DNA of 64,000 bases from Clostridia bacterium (GTDB lineage Bacteria > Bacillota > Clostridia > TANB77 > CAG-508): NCBI GenBank assembly GCA_022790575.1, contig JAAVXM010000025.1, positions 67,761-131,760 on the forward strand. The letters are read 5' to 3'. How positions within the stretch are numbered: the first letter of the stretch is position 1; each line of letters opens with the position of its first letter. Positions 1 through 9,814 of the stretch are shown piece after piece. The translations under genes and the position numbers were made by a program. The notes beneath the pieces were generated by a model. That model was given only the letters and a program-made list of their open reading frames with translations, was not told the DNA's origin and did no database searches.

Positions 1-224
1 TAAAAAACATTATATCCTCTTAGTCTCTTATATCTTGCTAGCATCTCTGTTTGAGTATAAGAAAATATGTGTCCTATATGAATTTTTCCATTAACTGTTG
101 GTGGAGGTGTATCTATTGAATACACTTCTCTTCCATCTCTTTCGAATTTATATAAACTATTTTCTCTCCAGTAATCTAGCCATTTTTTTTCTTTTTCTTC
201 TGCATTATATTTCTTATCTAACAT
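1..224 (-). CDS. valS: valyl-tRNA synthetase, N-terminal fragment (gene continues beyond window start)
   Basis: Manual reverse translation of 1..224 gives MLDKKYNAEEKEKKWLDYWRENSLYKFERDGREVYSIDTPPPTVNGKIHIGH..., class I aaRS HIGH motif in ValRS-like context; ATG at 222-224. Confidence 0.55.
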   Translation of the reverse strand, partial: MLDKKYNAEEKEKKWLDYWRENSLYKFERDGREVYSIDTPPPTVNGKIHIGHIFSYTQTEMLARYKRLRGYNVF

Positions 225-313
225 GTTATATGCTCCCTTCTATGCTTATATACTTATTTTAGTTCTCATAATAATTTACAAGGACTTAGCTTCATTATAT
301 GTTATATCTCTTT

Positions 314-1474
314 TTACATGGCTTTTCTGTATAATCCAATGAAATCCTCTTTTGTAACCTCTCTTGGATTTCCAGGTTTGCATGGGTCTTCCATAGCTTT
401 GTCTGCTAGTAATTCAAAGTCTTCTTCTTTTGCTCCCACATCTGATAATTTTTGTGTTATTCCTACAGCCTTTGAAAGTTCTGAAATCATCCATACAAAT
501 GTATTTATTACATCTTGGTCATTTAAGTGCTCTGCATCTGGCCTTCCAATATTTATAAGTATTTCTCTAAAGCGTTGTGCTGTTTCTTTGTCTTCTCCAT
601 TAAATCTCATAACAGTTGGAAGTAGTATTGCATTTGCAATTCCATGTGGTGTATCATATACAGCTCCTAATTGATGTGCCATTGAATGTACTATTCCTAA
701 ACCTACATTTGAAAATCCCATTCCAGCAATATATTGTGCAAGCGCCACTTTTTCTGTTGCTTCTTCATCTTTTTCATTTACAGCTGCAGATAAGTATTTA
801 AATATTAATTTAATAGCTTCCATATGGAACATATCTGACATTGTATTATGCGCTTTTGTGATATAGCCTTCAACAGCATGTGTTAATGCATCCATCCCTG
901 TAGAAGCTGCTATTGATTTTGGCATTGATGCCATTAGTTCAGAATCTACTATTGCTAATATTGGTATGTCATTTGGGTCAACACATACCATCTTTATTTC
1001 TCTTTCTTCATCTGTTATTACATAATTTATTGTTACTTCTGCAGCTGTTCCTGATGTTGTTGGTAATGCAATTATTGGGAGACCTTTATTTACAGTATTT
1101 GATAACCCATTTAATGATACAATATCACTTCTATCTGGATTTGTCATTACTATAGATATTCCTTTTGCTGTATCTATGCTTGACCCCCCTCCTACTGCAA
1201 CTATCACATCTGCTTCTGCATTTCTACAAGCTTCCACTCCATCTAATACATTTTTTATTGTTGGATTTGGCTTTATTTCTGAGTATATCTCATATACAAT
1301 CCCTGCTTTATCTAATATCTCTGTAACTTTTGATGTAACTCCACATTCTAATAACGATTTGTCTGTTACAACTAAAACTTTTTTAAATCCTCTCTTTTGT
1401 ATTTCTCCTGGTAATTCTTCTCTTGCTCCTTTTCCAAAATATGATGTCTCATTTAATACAAATTTAATTGACAT
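314..1474 (-). CDS. iron-containing alcohol dehydrogenase (Fe-ADH family)
   Basis: 386 aa ORF; GGGSSIDTAKG motif and overall Fe-ADH architecture (1,3-propanediol/lactaldehyde reductase type). Confidence 0.85.
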   Translation of the reverse strand: MSIKFVLNETSYFGKGAREELPGEIQKRGFKKVLVVTDKSLLECGVTSKVTEILDKAGIVYEIYSEIKPNPTIKNVLDGVEACRNAEADVIVAVGGGSSIDTAKGISIVMTNPDRSDIVSLNGLSNTVNKGLPIIALPTTSGTAAEVTINYVITDEEREIKMVCVDPNDIPILAIVDSELMASMPKSIAASTGMDALTHAVEGYITKAHNTMSDMFHMEAIKLIFKYLSAAVNEKDEEATEKVALAQYIAGMGFSNVGLGIVHSMAHQLGAVYDTPHGIANAILLPTVMRFNGEDKETAQRFREILINIGRPDAEHLNDQDVINTFVWMISELSKAVGITQKLSDVGAKEEDFELLADKAMEDPCKPGNPREVTKEDFIGLYRKAM

Positions 1475-1575
1475 ATTTTTTCACTCCTCTTTTGATTTTA
1501 TTATATATAGTATAGAAAATTTGATATTTCCTATTCAATAACTAATTTAATAAGCTTAATAAAGCCTAACATTTA

Positions 1576-2217
1576 TTAACTGTTTTCAGCATATTCTGAT
1601 GGTATTTCAAATAGTGCATCATCAGTACTTTCTGTAAATTTTATTTTTAATAATTCTTCAGTATCTTCATATGTTGTTCTCATATATACAAGTTCGTCAT
1701 TTTTGTTGAAATAAAATTTAGTTTTTACATTGTCTTCAACAATATTTAGTGCATTTAGTGATGTGAATATTGTTGTTCCAGAATATTCCTCAAATGTGTA
1801 TCTTATACCATTAACTTTTTCAACTCCTGTTGTATAATTCCCTTTATCAACTACTTCTTTTAATCCATCTCCTAAAATGTTTTGTTCTACACTATTTCCT
1901 TTGTATACATAATATTCTTGTTTGTCGTGAAAAACTAAATAAGTATTTCCATCTTTAATTAGAGATGTCAAGTGCCCTTCATTCTCTGAAGTCTGGTCTA
2001 TTGATGTTTGCTCTCCCCTTTTTGCCATTATTGTTTTTTTAGTATCATTTTCTGCTATTTCAAATGAGTATTGGTCTATTGATACTATCTTTTCATATAG
2101 TTTTTTTAGTCTTCCTTCATTTCCATCTTTGTCTTTTCTTAACATAAAAAATCCAATAATCACACCTATAATTACTACTGCAATTATTATTCTTATTAAT
2201 ACCTTCTTGTTTTTCAT
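1576..2217 (-). CDS. hypothetical membrane-anchored protein
   Basis: 213 aa ORF, N-terminal TM helix (IIIAVVIIGVIIGFFML), no recognised domain. Confidence 0.45.
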   Translation of the reverse strand: MKNKKVLIRIIIAVVIIGVIIGFFMLRKDKDGNEGRLKKLYEKIVSIDQYSFEIAENDTKKTIMAKRGEQTSIDQTSENEGHLTSLIKDGNTYLVFHDKQEYYVYKGNSVEQNILGDGLKEVVDKGNYTTGVEKVNGIRYTFEEYSGTTIFTSLNALNIVEDNVKTKFYFNKNDELVYMRTTYEDTEELLKIKFTESTDDALFEIPSEYAENS

Positions 2218-2288
2218 CGTATTTTACTACCTCCATTTTTATCTCTTGATTATTATAACAATAAAGTCTTCCTTTTACAACATTTTTA

Positions 2289-2768
2289 TTAATCTTTTGC
2301 TGGTTCAACAATTTCTAATGTATCTGGTAACATTTTGTCAATAAATACAATTCCTTCTAAATGGTCTAATTCATGGCATATTGCTTGTGCAAGTAAATCT
2401 TTTGCTTTTATTACAATTTTCTTACCGCTTCTATCTAACGCCTCTACTGTTACTTCTTTTGGTCTAATTAATTTTGCATATTTATTTGGAAAACTTAAAC
2501 ATCCTTCTTCAACTTCGTGTTCTCCCTTTATTTTCGTAATTTTAGGGTTTATAAGCACTTTTACCCCTGTACCATCTTCAACATCAATAACTACTACCCT
2601 TTTTAAAACACCTACTTGTACAGCAGATAAACCTACTCCTTTATATTTATACATTGTTTCTATCATGTCATCTATTAATATTTGAATTTTGTCATCTATA
2701 ACATCTACTTCTCTTGATTTCTTTTTTAATATTTCATCTTTTTCTAATCTAATAATACGTGTTGCCAT
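2289..2768 (-). CDS. def: peptide deformylase
   Basis: 159 aa; GVGLSAVQVG, EGCLSFP and HELDHLEG motifs of PDF. Confidence 0.9.
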   Translation of the reverse strand: MATRIIRLEKDEILKKKSREVDVIDDKIQILIDDMIETMYKYKGVGLSAVQVGVLKRVVVIDVEDGTGVKVLINPKITKIKGEHEVEEGCLSFPNKYAKLIRPKEVTVEALDRSGKKIVIKAKDLLAQAICHELDHLEGIVFIDKMLPDTLEIVEPAKD

Positions 2769-2805
2769 GTTTTATTCATTCCTTCCATATCTATAATTTA
2801 GTACT

Positions 2806-5040
2806 CTAACTCATGTTATTGGGATTAACATCAATAGTAACTCTAGTATCTTTGTAGTTGAGTTCATATATCTTCCTTAAACATTCATTGAATATTTCAT
2901 TTACTTCCTTGGTCATATTTCCTTTTATGATAATTCTCCATCTATATCTATTTTGTATTTTGTCTATTGGGGATGGCATTGGTTTTAGAATATAAAATTT
3001 TTTATCTTTAAGTTTAATTTTTAGATAAGTATATACCTTCTCAGATAATGATATTATATCTTTTTCTATTAAACCATTAAATTCCATCAATATTATATCG
3101 CAAAAAGGCGGATATTTCAACTGTTTTCGTAAAGCAATTTCTGTATTATAAAACTTTTCATAATTTTGCTCTTTTGCACTTACTATACTGAAGTTATCTG
3201 GATTGTATGTTTGAATAATAACTTGTCCTGGCAACTTCTCTCTACCAGCTCTTCCCGCAACTTGTGTTAATATCTGAAATGTTCTTTCATTTGCTCTATA
3301 ATCATCTATGTTTAAACTACTATCTGCAGCAATTACACCAACAAGTGTTACATTTGGAAAATGATGCCCTTTAACAACCATTTGTGTTCCTATTAATATA
3401 TCTATATTTTCATTTTTAAATTTATTTAATATCTCTTCATGTGAGTTCTTTTTAGTTACTGTATCTATATCCATTCTAATTGTTGTTGCTTTTGGAAAAA
3501 TAGACTCTATCTCTTGTTCTAGTTTTTGAGTTCCTGTACCAAAATATCTTATCTTAGTACTTTTACATTCTGGACAAGTATTTACAACTTTTTGCTCATA
3601 TCCACAATAATGGCATTTTAATTTATTTCCTGTTATGTGATATGTCATACTTATATTGCAGTTTTTACATTTAACAGTATAGCCACACTCTCTACACATC
3701 ACAAATGTAGAAAATCCTCTTCTGTTTAAAAATAATATTGTTTGCCTGCCTTCTTTTAAATTGTTTTCTATTGCCTCATGCAATTCAACACTTAACATTG
3801 ATTTGTTCCCATTTGCTAATTCCATCTTTAAGTCTACTATATTGACAGATGGTAAATTAGAATTGTTTGCTCTTCTAGTTAATTCCAATAATGTTATTAT
3901 TCCCTGTTTTGCTTTATAATATGTATTCATATCAGGTGTAGCACTTCCTAATACAAGTGGACATCTATTCTCTTCTGCTATCTTTTTTGCAATTTCTTTT
4001 GCATCATATTTAGGTATTGCCTCTGACTTATATGAACTATCATGTTCTTCATCTATTATTATTATACCTATATTTTGAGTTGGTGCAAATATTGCAGACC
4101 TTGCTCCAATAATAATTTTAGCTTTTCCTTCTTTTATTTTATTCCATTCGTCATATCTCTCTCCAATTGATAATTTACTATGTAATATAGCTATTTCTTC
4201 TTTATTAAATCTTGCAATAAACCTATCTATCATTTGAGGTGTTAAAGATATCTCTGGAACAAGTACTATTGCTGTTCTTTCCATTTTTAGAGCTTCACCA
4301 ATTAATTGTAAATATACTTCTGTCTTTCCTGAACCTGTTACTCCATATAACAAAAATTCTTCAAAGGTATTTGAATTAATTTTGGCTTGTACTTTATTAA
4401 ATGCACATTGTTGTTCATCTGTTAATTGTAAATTCTCTGTACTTTCTATGTTTTTATCTGCTAATGGATTTCTTTCTATTTTTTTCTCCATTATTTCTAC
4501 ATAATTATTTTTTTCTAGGGTTTTTACTATTGCTCTCGTTCCATCAGTAAATAGTTCAATTTCAGGAATAGTTGCTCCTTCTGTACTATTTAAAAATTGA
4601 AGTATTCTCTTTTGCTTATCTGATTTTATCTTGCCTGTATCTATATCAAATTGGATTTTTTCAAAATCTTGTTTTAAATATACAACATTTATTATTTTTT
4701 CTTGTATATTTTTTGCTTTATTGTGGTTTTTTGTACCTGGTTGTAACATCTGTTTAATACAATCAGAGGTATTGCAAAAATATTTTTTTGCCATCCATTG
4801 TGATAACTTTATTTGACTCTCTGTTAAATTATACTTTATTTCTACTATGTCTTTCACTTTATATGAAGTATCATCTTTAATTTTGGTTATATATCCTTCT
4901 TCTAATTTACTTCCTTTTCCAAATGGAACAAGTACAGTAGAGCCTATTGTTACTAAACTCTCTAATTGTTTAGGTATTCTATAATCAAATGTTTTATTTA
5001 ATCTTTTTGCTGAACGATTTATTACTACTTCAACATACAT
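2806..5040 (-). CDS. priA: primosomal protein N' (replication restart helicase PriA)
   Basis: 744 aa; Walker A GVTGSGKTEVY, DEEH box, Cys4 zinc-binding cluster CRECGY..CKNCN..CHYCGY..CPECK. Confidence 0.9.
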   Translation of the reverse strand: MYVEVVINRSAKRLNKTFDYRIPKQLESLVTIGSTVLVPFGKGSKLEEGYITKIKDDTSYKVKDIVEIKYNLTESQIKLSQWMAKKYFCNTSDCIKQMLQPGTKNHNKAKNIQEKIINVVYLKQDFEKIQFDIDTGKIKSDKQKRILQFLNSTEGATIPEIELFTDGTRAIVKTLEKNNYVEIMEKKIERNPLADKNIESTENLQLTDEQQCAFNKVQAKINSNTFEEFLLYGVTGSGKTEVYLQLIGEALKMERTAIVLVPEISLTPQMIDRFIARFNKEEIAILHSKLSIGERYDEWNKIKEGKAKIIIGARSAIFAPTQNIGIIIIDEEHDSSYKSEAIPKYDAKEIAKKIAEENRCPLVLGSATPDMNTYYKAKQGIITLLELTRRANNSNLPSVNIVDLKMELANGNKSMLSVELHEAIENNLKEGRQTILFLNRRGFSTFVMCRECGYTVKCKNCNISMTYHITGNKLKCHYCGYEQKVVNTCPECKSTKIRYFGTGTQKLEQEIESIFPKATTIRMDIDTVTKKNSHEEILNKFKNENIDILIGTQMVVKGHHFPNVTLVGVIAADSSLNIDDYRANERTFQILTQVAGRAGREKLPGQVIIQTYNPDNFSIVSAKEQNYEKFYNTEIALRKQLKYPPFCDIILMEFNGLIEKDIISLSEKVYTYLKIKLKDKKFYILKPMPSPIDKIQNRYRWRIIIKGNMTKEVNEIFNECLRKIYELNYKDTRVTIDVNPNNMS

Positions 5041-5112
5041 TTTGGAGTTATCCCCCCTTAAATTTTATTCCATCCTATAGAAAAAAAAGAAAAACGTAAT
5101 GTATCGCTTTTC

Positions 5113-5682
5113 TCAATTTTCCATATCTAACCATTTATAATATGCATCTTTAATTTGCTTTGCAACTTCCTCTGGAGTTAAGTATGTTGTATCTATTACT
5201 AAATCATAATTAGCCATGTCTTCTTTATGAACTCCATATAGTTTCCAATATCTCTCATTTTCTAATTGATACCTTTTTTGCATATCTGCTTTTTGCTCTT
5301 CAACTGTTGTAAAGCTTTCTGTGTTTTTTCTTTTCATGTCATTATAAGCTCTTTCTGCTGCAACATTTATATCTACTTTTAAATATACCTTAAATGATTC
5401 TGGAACTGCATACCATCCAAGTCTAGCATCAATAATAAAGTTTTCATGCTCTTTTGCATACTCAGATGCACTTTTTTCTATCTGCAAATCAATTTCTGGA
5501 TGGTTACTTAAATATTCATTAAAACTTGTAATATTTAGTCCCATTTCTTTTGCAAGTTTTCGTGCATATTCTCCATTTCTATATATTCCATAATTTAAGT
5601 CTTTTATTAAAATATCTGAAACAGTTCCTTTTCCAGCAGCTAAATCACCTGTTAGTGATATTATGTTCCTTTTATTTGCCAT
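5113..5682 (-). CDS. cytidylate-kinase-like family P-loop nucleotide kinase
   Basis: 189 aa; P-loop SLTGDLAAGKGTV; sits where gmk/coaBC normally lie in the remA-gmk-rpoZ-coaBC-priA cluster of Firmicutes. Confidence 0.55.
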   Translation of the reverse strand: MANKRNIISLTGDLAAGKGTVSDILIKDLNYGIYRNGEYARKLAKEMGLNITSFNEYLSNHPEIDLQIEKSASEYAKEHENFIIDARLGWYAVPESFKVYLKVDINVAAERAYNDMKRKNTESFTTVEEQKADMQKRYQLENERYWKLYGVHKEDMANYDLVIDTTYLTPEEVAKQIKDAYYKWLDMEN

Positions 5683-5693
5683 AGTATTTCTCC

Positions 5694-5954
5694 TTATTTT
5701 TTTACATTATCTTCTGATTCTTCTTGCATTTCTTGTGGCTCTATAATTTCTATTTTTCCTTCTGATATTTCATTTGCAGCAAGTGTAACTGCTGATTCCT
5801 CTTTAACATTTGTTTTTACATCTGCTCCTGATGCTATTTGTCTAGCTCTTTTTGATGTTGCAATAACTAGTTCATATCTGTTTTTTGCTTTTGTTAATAA
5901 TTCTGTTACAGTTGGTTTTACCATCATTTTTTTATTCCCCCTCTTTTTAAACAT
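5694..5954 (-). CDS. rpoZ: DNA-directed RNA polymerase subunit omega
   Basis: 86 aa; NRYELVIATSKRARQI signature of RpoZ. Confidence 0.8.
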   Translation of the reverse strand: MFKKRGNKKMMVKPTVTELLTKAKNRYELVIATSKRARQIASGADVKTNVKEESAVTLAANEISEGKIEIIEPQEMQEESEDNVKK

Positions 5955-6217
5955 TAATCTGATGATGTTTGTTGTGGCGTTATATCTTTATCCACTCTTC
6001 CTGCTACTGTCTCTGGCTGTACAGCTGATAATATTATATGCCCTGAATCCATAATCAAAACTGCTCTAGTACGTCTACCATAAGTTGCATCAACTGCTGT
6101 TTTGGCATCTTTGGCTTCTTGTACCATCCTTTTTATTGGTGCTGATTCTGGACTTACAATTGCTACTATTTTGTCTGCTGAAACAATATTTCCAAATCCA
6201 ATATTTACTAATTGCAT
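5954..6217 (-). CDS. remA: DUF370 / RemA (YlzA) family regulatory protein
   Basis: 87 aa; [12 protein letters not shown]...[19 protein letters not shown] typical RemA. Confidence 0.8.
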   Translation of the reverse strand: MQLVNIGFGNIVSADKIVAIVSPESAPIKRMVQEAKDAKTAVDATYGRRTRAVLIMDSGHIILSAVQPETVAGRVDKDITPQQTSSD

Positions 6218-6232
6218 ATTAATTCTTCCTTT

Positions 6233-7108
6233 CTATTCAATATTTTGAGTTTGCTCTCTTATGTCTTCTAAAATTGTTTTTATATCTACTACTTTATTTG
6301 TTATATCTAGACAGTTCGCTTTTGAACCTATTGTGTTTGTTTCTCTGTTCATTTCTTGTAATAAAAAGTCCATCTTTTTCCCTGTTGGCTCACTTGCTTC
6401 TATAAGATTTCTGAATTGTAATATATGACTTCTCATTCTTGTAATTTCTTCTTCTATTGAACATTTGTCAGCATATATTACAACTTCTTGCATTAGCCTT
6501 GACTTATCAATTTCTTCCGTTTTTAATATTTCTTTAATTCTTGACTCTAATTTTACTACATATTCTTCAATAAGTCTAGTAGATAAACCAAAAATTTCTT
6601 CTACTTTGCTTTCTATTTGCAGTATTTTGGATTTTATGTCTTCTGAAATTTTCTCCCCTTCATTTTTTCTCATTTGTAATAATTGCTCTACAGCATCATT
6701 CACTACTTCTAGTATTTCTTCTTTAATTGTTTTTTCATCAAGTTCACTTTTTATTATTAATACATCTGGTAATTTAGCTATTTCTGTTATTTCTATATTT
6801 GAACTTATATTTTCCTCTACTGCAAGTTCTCTTAAACTTTGTATATACATTTTTGCTAATTCTGTATTTATCTTTACTCTGTTTCCTTCTTTACTGTAAT
6901 TTTCAAAGTTTATTGATATATCTATTTTCCCTCTTTTTATCTTCGAACTTATTTCTTTTCTTATATCTTCTTCTAAATAACTTATTATTTTTGGCATTCT
7001 TATGTTTATGTCTATATATTTATGATTAACAGCTCTTAATTCTACTTGATATTCTCTTGAATCTTTACATAAACTACTTTTGCCATACCCAGTCATACTT
7101 TTTATCAT
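6233..7108 (-). CDS. yicC: YicC/YloC family stress-induced protein
   Basis: 291 aa; N-terminal MIKSMTGYG and C-terminal DUF1732-like region. Confidence 0.85.
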   Translation of the reverse strand: MIKSMTGYGKSSLCKDSREYQVELRAVNHKYIDINIRMPKIISYLEEDIRKEISSKIKRGKIDISINFENYSKEGNRVKINTELAKMYIQSLRELAVEENISSNIEITEIAKLPDVLIIKSELDEKTIKEEILEVVNDAVEQLLQMRKNEGEKISEDIKSKILQIESKVEEIFGLSTRLIEEYVVKLESRIKEILKTEEIDKSRLMQEVVIYADKCSIEEEITRMRSHILQFRNLIEASEPTGKKMDFLLQEMNRETNTIGSKANCLDITNKVVDIKTILEDIREQTQNIE

Positions 7109-7109
7109 T

Positions 7110-7658
7110 TTATTTTCCTTCTTCTTTTTTATTTTTTCTTTTTGTTGCTTTTTTTATTGGCTCTTCTTTTACAATTTCTTTTATATCACTAAGATTATTC
7201 AGTTCTTTTTTCTTCTCCATAGTATATAAAATAGTTAGTTTTAATATATAGTATATACCAAATGCATATGAACCTATTAAAATGTAATTTTGTATATTGT
7301 AATTTAATATTTTTGGTATGTGTTTTATTAGTAATGTGAATGTTGCTAATGCTAAAAATTCAATCCCATATATTGATAAACTGTCTTCTTCTTTTTTGTA
7401 TGCTATCTCTATTATTATTATTGAAATTGCTATAAATACCATACTTGATATGTTTATATATTGTATTAACATTTCTTCTGATACTGATTTATATTGTATA
7501 TTAAAAAATATGAAATATATCATTATCATTGCTGGATATGCTAAATTTCCTATTATCTTTGCCCCTAATATGTTGTTTATATTATTATATCTTTCTTTTA
7601 TTGTTAATTTCTTTTTATTTTTTGACTTATTTTCTTTTGAATTGTTTGGTTCTATCAT
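7110..7658 (-). CDS. hypothetical integral membrane protein
   Basis: 182 aa, K-rich N-terminus then 4 hydrophobic helices. Confidence 0.4.
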   Translation of the reverse strand: MIEPNNSKENKSKNKKKLTIKERYNNINNILGAKIIGNLAYPAMIMIYFIFFNIQYKSVSEEMLIQYINISSMVFIAISIIIIEIAYKKEEDSLSIYGIEFLALATFTLLIKHIPKILNYNIQNYILIGSYAFGIYYILKLTILYTMEKKKELNNLSDIKEIVKEEPIKKATKRKNKKEEGK

Positions 7659-7675
7659 TATTTTTCCCTTTCAGT

Positions 7676-8428
7676 TTATTTTTCAAATTCATACATTATT
7701 ATACTCAATATATTTAATGCAACTGTTTCTGTTCTCAATATTCTCTTTCCTAATGTGACTATTTTTGCTCCATTATTTTTTAGTTCTTGTACTTCTTCTT
7801 TTTCAAGTCCTCCTTCTGGTCCTATCACTATTCCAATTTGCATTTTCTCTTGTTCTTTTATTTGCTCTTTTATTTTTGATATCTCATTTTTTATATAATT
7901 GTCTTGTTCTTCCTCATATGCAACAATAATTAAGTTGTATTTATTCTTTGATTTTATTATGTCTTGAATTGTTACTACATTTTCTATTTTGGGAATTATG
8001 TTTCTTTTACTTTGTTTTGCTGCACTTTCTGAAATCTTTTGCCATCTTTCTATTTTTCTGTTTTCATTTTTTTTATCTATTTTTACTATGGACCTCTTCA
8101 TTTGCACTGGTATTATTGAATTTGCTCCCAATTCTACTGATTTTTGTATTATTAATTCCATTTTATCTGCTTTTGGCAATCCTTGATATATGTCTACAAT
8201 TATTTTACTTCCTTGCTTTTTTATGCACTTTTCTATATTACATATAATCTCTTGCTCTAATAATTGAACTATTTTACATTCATATATTTTCCCATCTTCT
8301 TGATTACATACTTCTATTATTTGTCCATTTTCTTTTCTTAATACATTTTTTATGTGTTTTACATCTTCTCCTAATATTTTTATTGTGTTTTCTTCTATTT
8401 GACTTGTTTTTATAAAAAATCTTGACAT
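7676..8428 (-). CDS. rsmE: 16S rRNA (uracil1498-N3)-methyltransferase
   Basis: 250 aa; RsmE family with GPEGGLEKEEV C-terminal motif. Confidence 0.8.
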   Translation of the reverse strand: MSRFFIKTSQIEENTIKILGEDVKHIKNVLRKENGQIIEVCNQEDGKIYECKIVQLLEQEIICNIEKCIKKQGSKIIVDIYQGLPKADKMELIIQKSVELGANSIIPVQMKRSIVKIDKKNENRKIERWQKISESAAKQSKRNIIPKIENVVTIQDIIKSKNKYNLIIVAYEEEQDNYIKNEISKIKEQIKEQEKMQIGIVIGPEGGLEKEEVQELKNNGAKIVTLGKRILRTETVALNILSIIMYEFEK

Positions 8429-8461
8429 ATTTGCTCCTTATAATGTACCTATTATATTACA

Positions 8462-8513
8462 TTGCCACAAAAAAAGCAATATCTGACAGAGAATTTTCTC
8501 CATCAGATATTGC
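8462..8513 (-). terminator. rho-independent terminator (hairpin gcaatatctga/tcagatattgc + T7 run on minus strand)
   Basis: Perfect 11-bp stem at 8476..8513 followed on minus strand by TTTTTTT; lies 3' of the 317-aa ORF. Confidence 0.6.
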
Positions 8514-8561
8514 ATTTAGCCGTATGTTAACTTGATATTAGTTAACATTCAAACATTGACC

Positions 8562-9515
8562 TTACAGCAGATTCATTGTCTTGAGGAACAAATCAAAGTT
8601 ATCCTCCTGGAATTCGTCAAATCTTTTCTTCCAGATATCATATCTGGTAAAAATCTCTGTCTTGTTCTCAAGAGCCCTCTGAATTACCTCATAAATTGCA
8701 TTGGGGTTATCAGGCTGTGTGCATACCAGCAATTCATGAAGACGATAATCATCCTCATAAAAGTGATGAGTGTTCCCTGTAATGTAAAGCACTCGATTAT
8801 TGAGCGCCTCCAAAGGTGTAACAGATGCACTTTCTGTAAGAGTAACATCTGTAATCAACTCACATCCAGCCATTATTTTCATGCGCTTCTCGGGTTCAAG
8901 AGGTCTCTCAACCTCTATAACCTGACTTTCCATACGAAGTTTCCGAACAACTTTGTCAGAGATACTATTATATGGAATAACGTTGACTTCCTTACCTGTC
9001 ATGAGTGCAGCATACATGTTGGGCAAGAAGTTCTTTGCCCAATGTTCACTGGAATCACCCAAAACTCCAATCCCATGTTTCTTTACGTCTGCAAATTCTC
9101 CTCCCTTAGAATTGTTTGTAAGGAAGAATGTGGGCGTCCTAAAAATACTGGAAACCATCTCCTCCTGTCCCTTTTTGCATGTGATAAATAGGTCAAATAC
9201 CTTTTCATGCAGAAGAGACACAACTGCTTGCCATGCCTTGCTGACTTCATCGTCGAGTTCTCTTGCTGCCCCATAATGCCACAGGACAGCTGTCTTTCTT
9301 CTGCTCTCATGCAGTTCCCTTGCCACGTCTTTGAGTGTTTCGTCAAAGCCGCTGAACAGTACTGTTCTGAAATCTTTCAGAGTCTGAATCAGGTTGTCAT
9401 CATCTTCCTTATAGATGATGTGATATACTCCCTGAAACATGTTTTCAGTTGCTCGGATGTTACCATCCTGATTCAACTTCCGGCTAATCACTACAGCGAT
9501 GTCATTGGCGTACAT
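8562..9515 (-). CDS. hypothetical protein, compositionally foreign (40-43% GC in sampled 60-nt stretches), function unknown
   Basis: 317 aa uninterrupted ORF in a region whose sampled GC is nearly twice that of flanking DNA; AGGAGG RBS 9 nt upstream of ATG; GC-rich codon choices (CTG, GAG, CAG). Confidence 0.5.
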   Translation of the reverse strand: MYANDIAVVISRKLNQDGNIRATENMFQGVYHIIYKEDDDNLIQTLKDFRTVLFSGFDETLKDVARELHESRRKTAVLWHYGAARELDDEVSKAWQAVVSLLHEKVFDLFITCKKGQEEMVSSIFRTPTFFLTNNSKGGEFADVKKHGIGVLGDSSEHWAKNFLPNMYAALMTGKEVNVIPYNSISDKVVRKLRMESQVIEVERPLEPEKRMKIMAGCELITDVTLTESASVTPLEALNNRVLYITGNTHHFYEDDYRLHELLVCTQPDNPNAIYEVIQRALENKTEIFTRYDIWKKRFDEFQEDNFDLFLKTMNLL

Positions 9516-9548
9516 AAAATATACCTCCTAAATTTAAAATGCGGTATT

Positions 9549-9577
9549 ATTATATTTCATTTTTTTGTTTTTGTCAA
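9549..9577 (-). promoter_or_regulatory. consensus sigma-A promoter (TTGACA-17 nt-TATAAT) for the 317-aa ORF
   Basis: Minus-strand reading: TTGACAaaaacaaaaaaatgaaaTATAAT; -35 at 9572..9577, -10 at 9549..9554. Confidence 0.55.
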
Positions 9578-9625
9578 TATCTATTCTAAAAAATGTTGAC
9601 ATAATTCATTCTTATTGGCAGTATA

Positions 9626-9784
9626 CCTCATAGAAATTCTATGAGGCCTGTATTTATTATGTTACCATATAGCTAGGATAGAAAATCTAAAAAATTTGAC
9701 ATTATTAATGGGACTAGTATATGCTAGTCCCATTTCCTATGATATGAAAAGAGCCATATTCTTAAAAAATAAGAATATGGCTCT
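9626..9784 (-). terminator. cluster of three perfect hairpins (9626..9646, 9710..9731, 9750..9784) 3' of the 263-aa ORF
   Basis: cctcatag-aaatt-ctatgagg; gggactagtat-atgctagtccc; agagccatattctt-aaaaaat-aagaatatggctct. Confidence 0.55.
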
Positions 9785-9814
9785 TAGTTTCATCATATAG
9801 AGCATTAGGACAAA

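Noticed and set aside
225-313. Possible T-box leader for valS
   Set aside because: Only ~90 nt separate the valS start from the upstream gene. That is too short for a T-box riboswitch (~250 nt), and no specifier/T-box consensus was seen.
8532-9191. 219-aa plus-strand ORF inside the GC-rich island
   Set aside because: It lies antisense to the longer, uninterrupted 317-aa ORF. Higher-GC DNA yields long spurious antisense frames. There is no RBS and it is Cys/Leu-rich nonsense-like.
9572-9720. Plus-strand promoter-like hexamers (TTGACA...TATACC at ~9594; TTGACA-16-TATATG at ~9695) in the island spacer
   Set aside because: There is no plus-strand gene downstream to drive. They are probably fortuitous in AT-rich spacer or relics of the donor context. 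The minus-strand consensus promoter explains expression of the 317-aa ORF.
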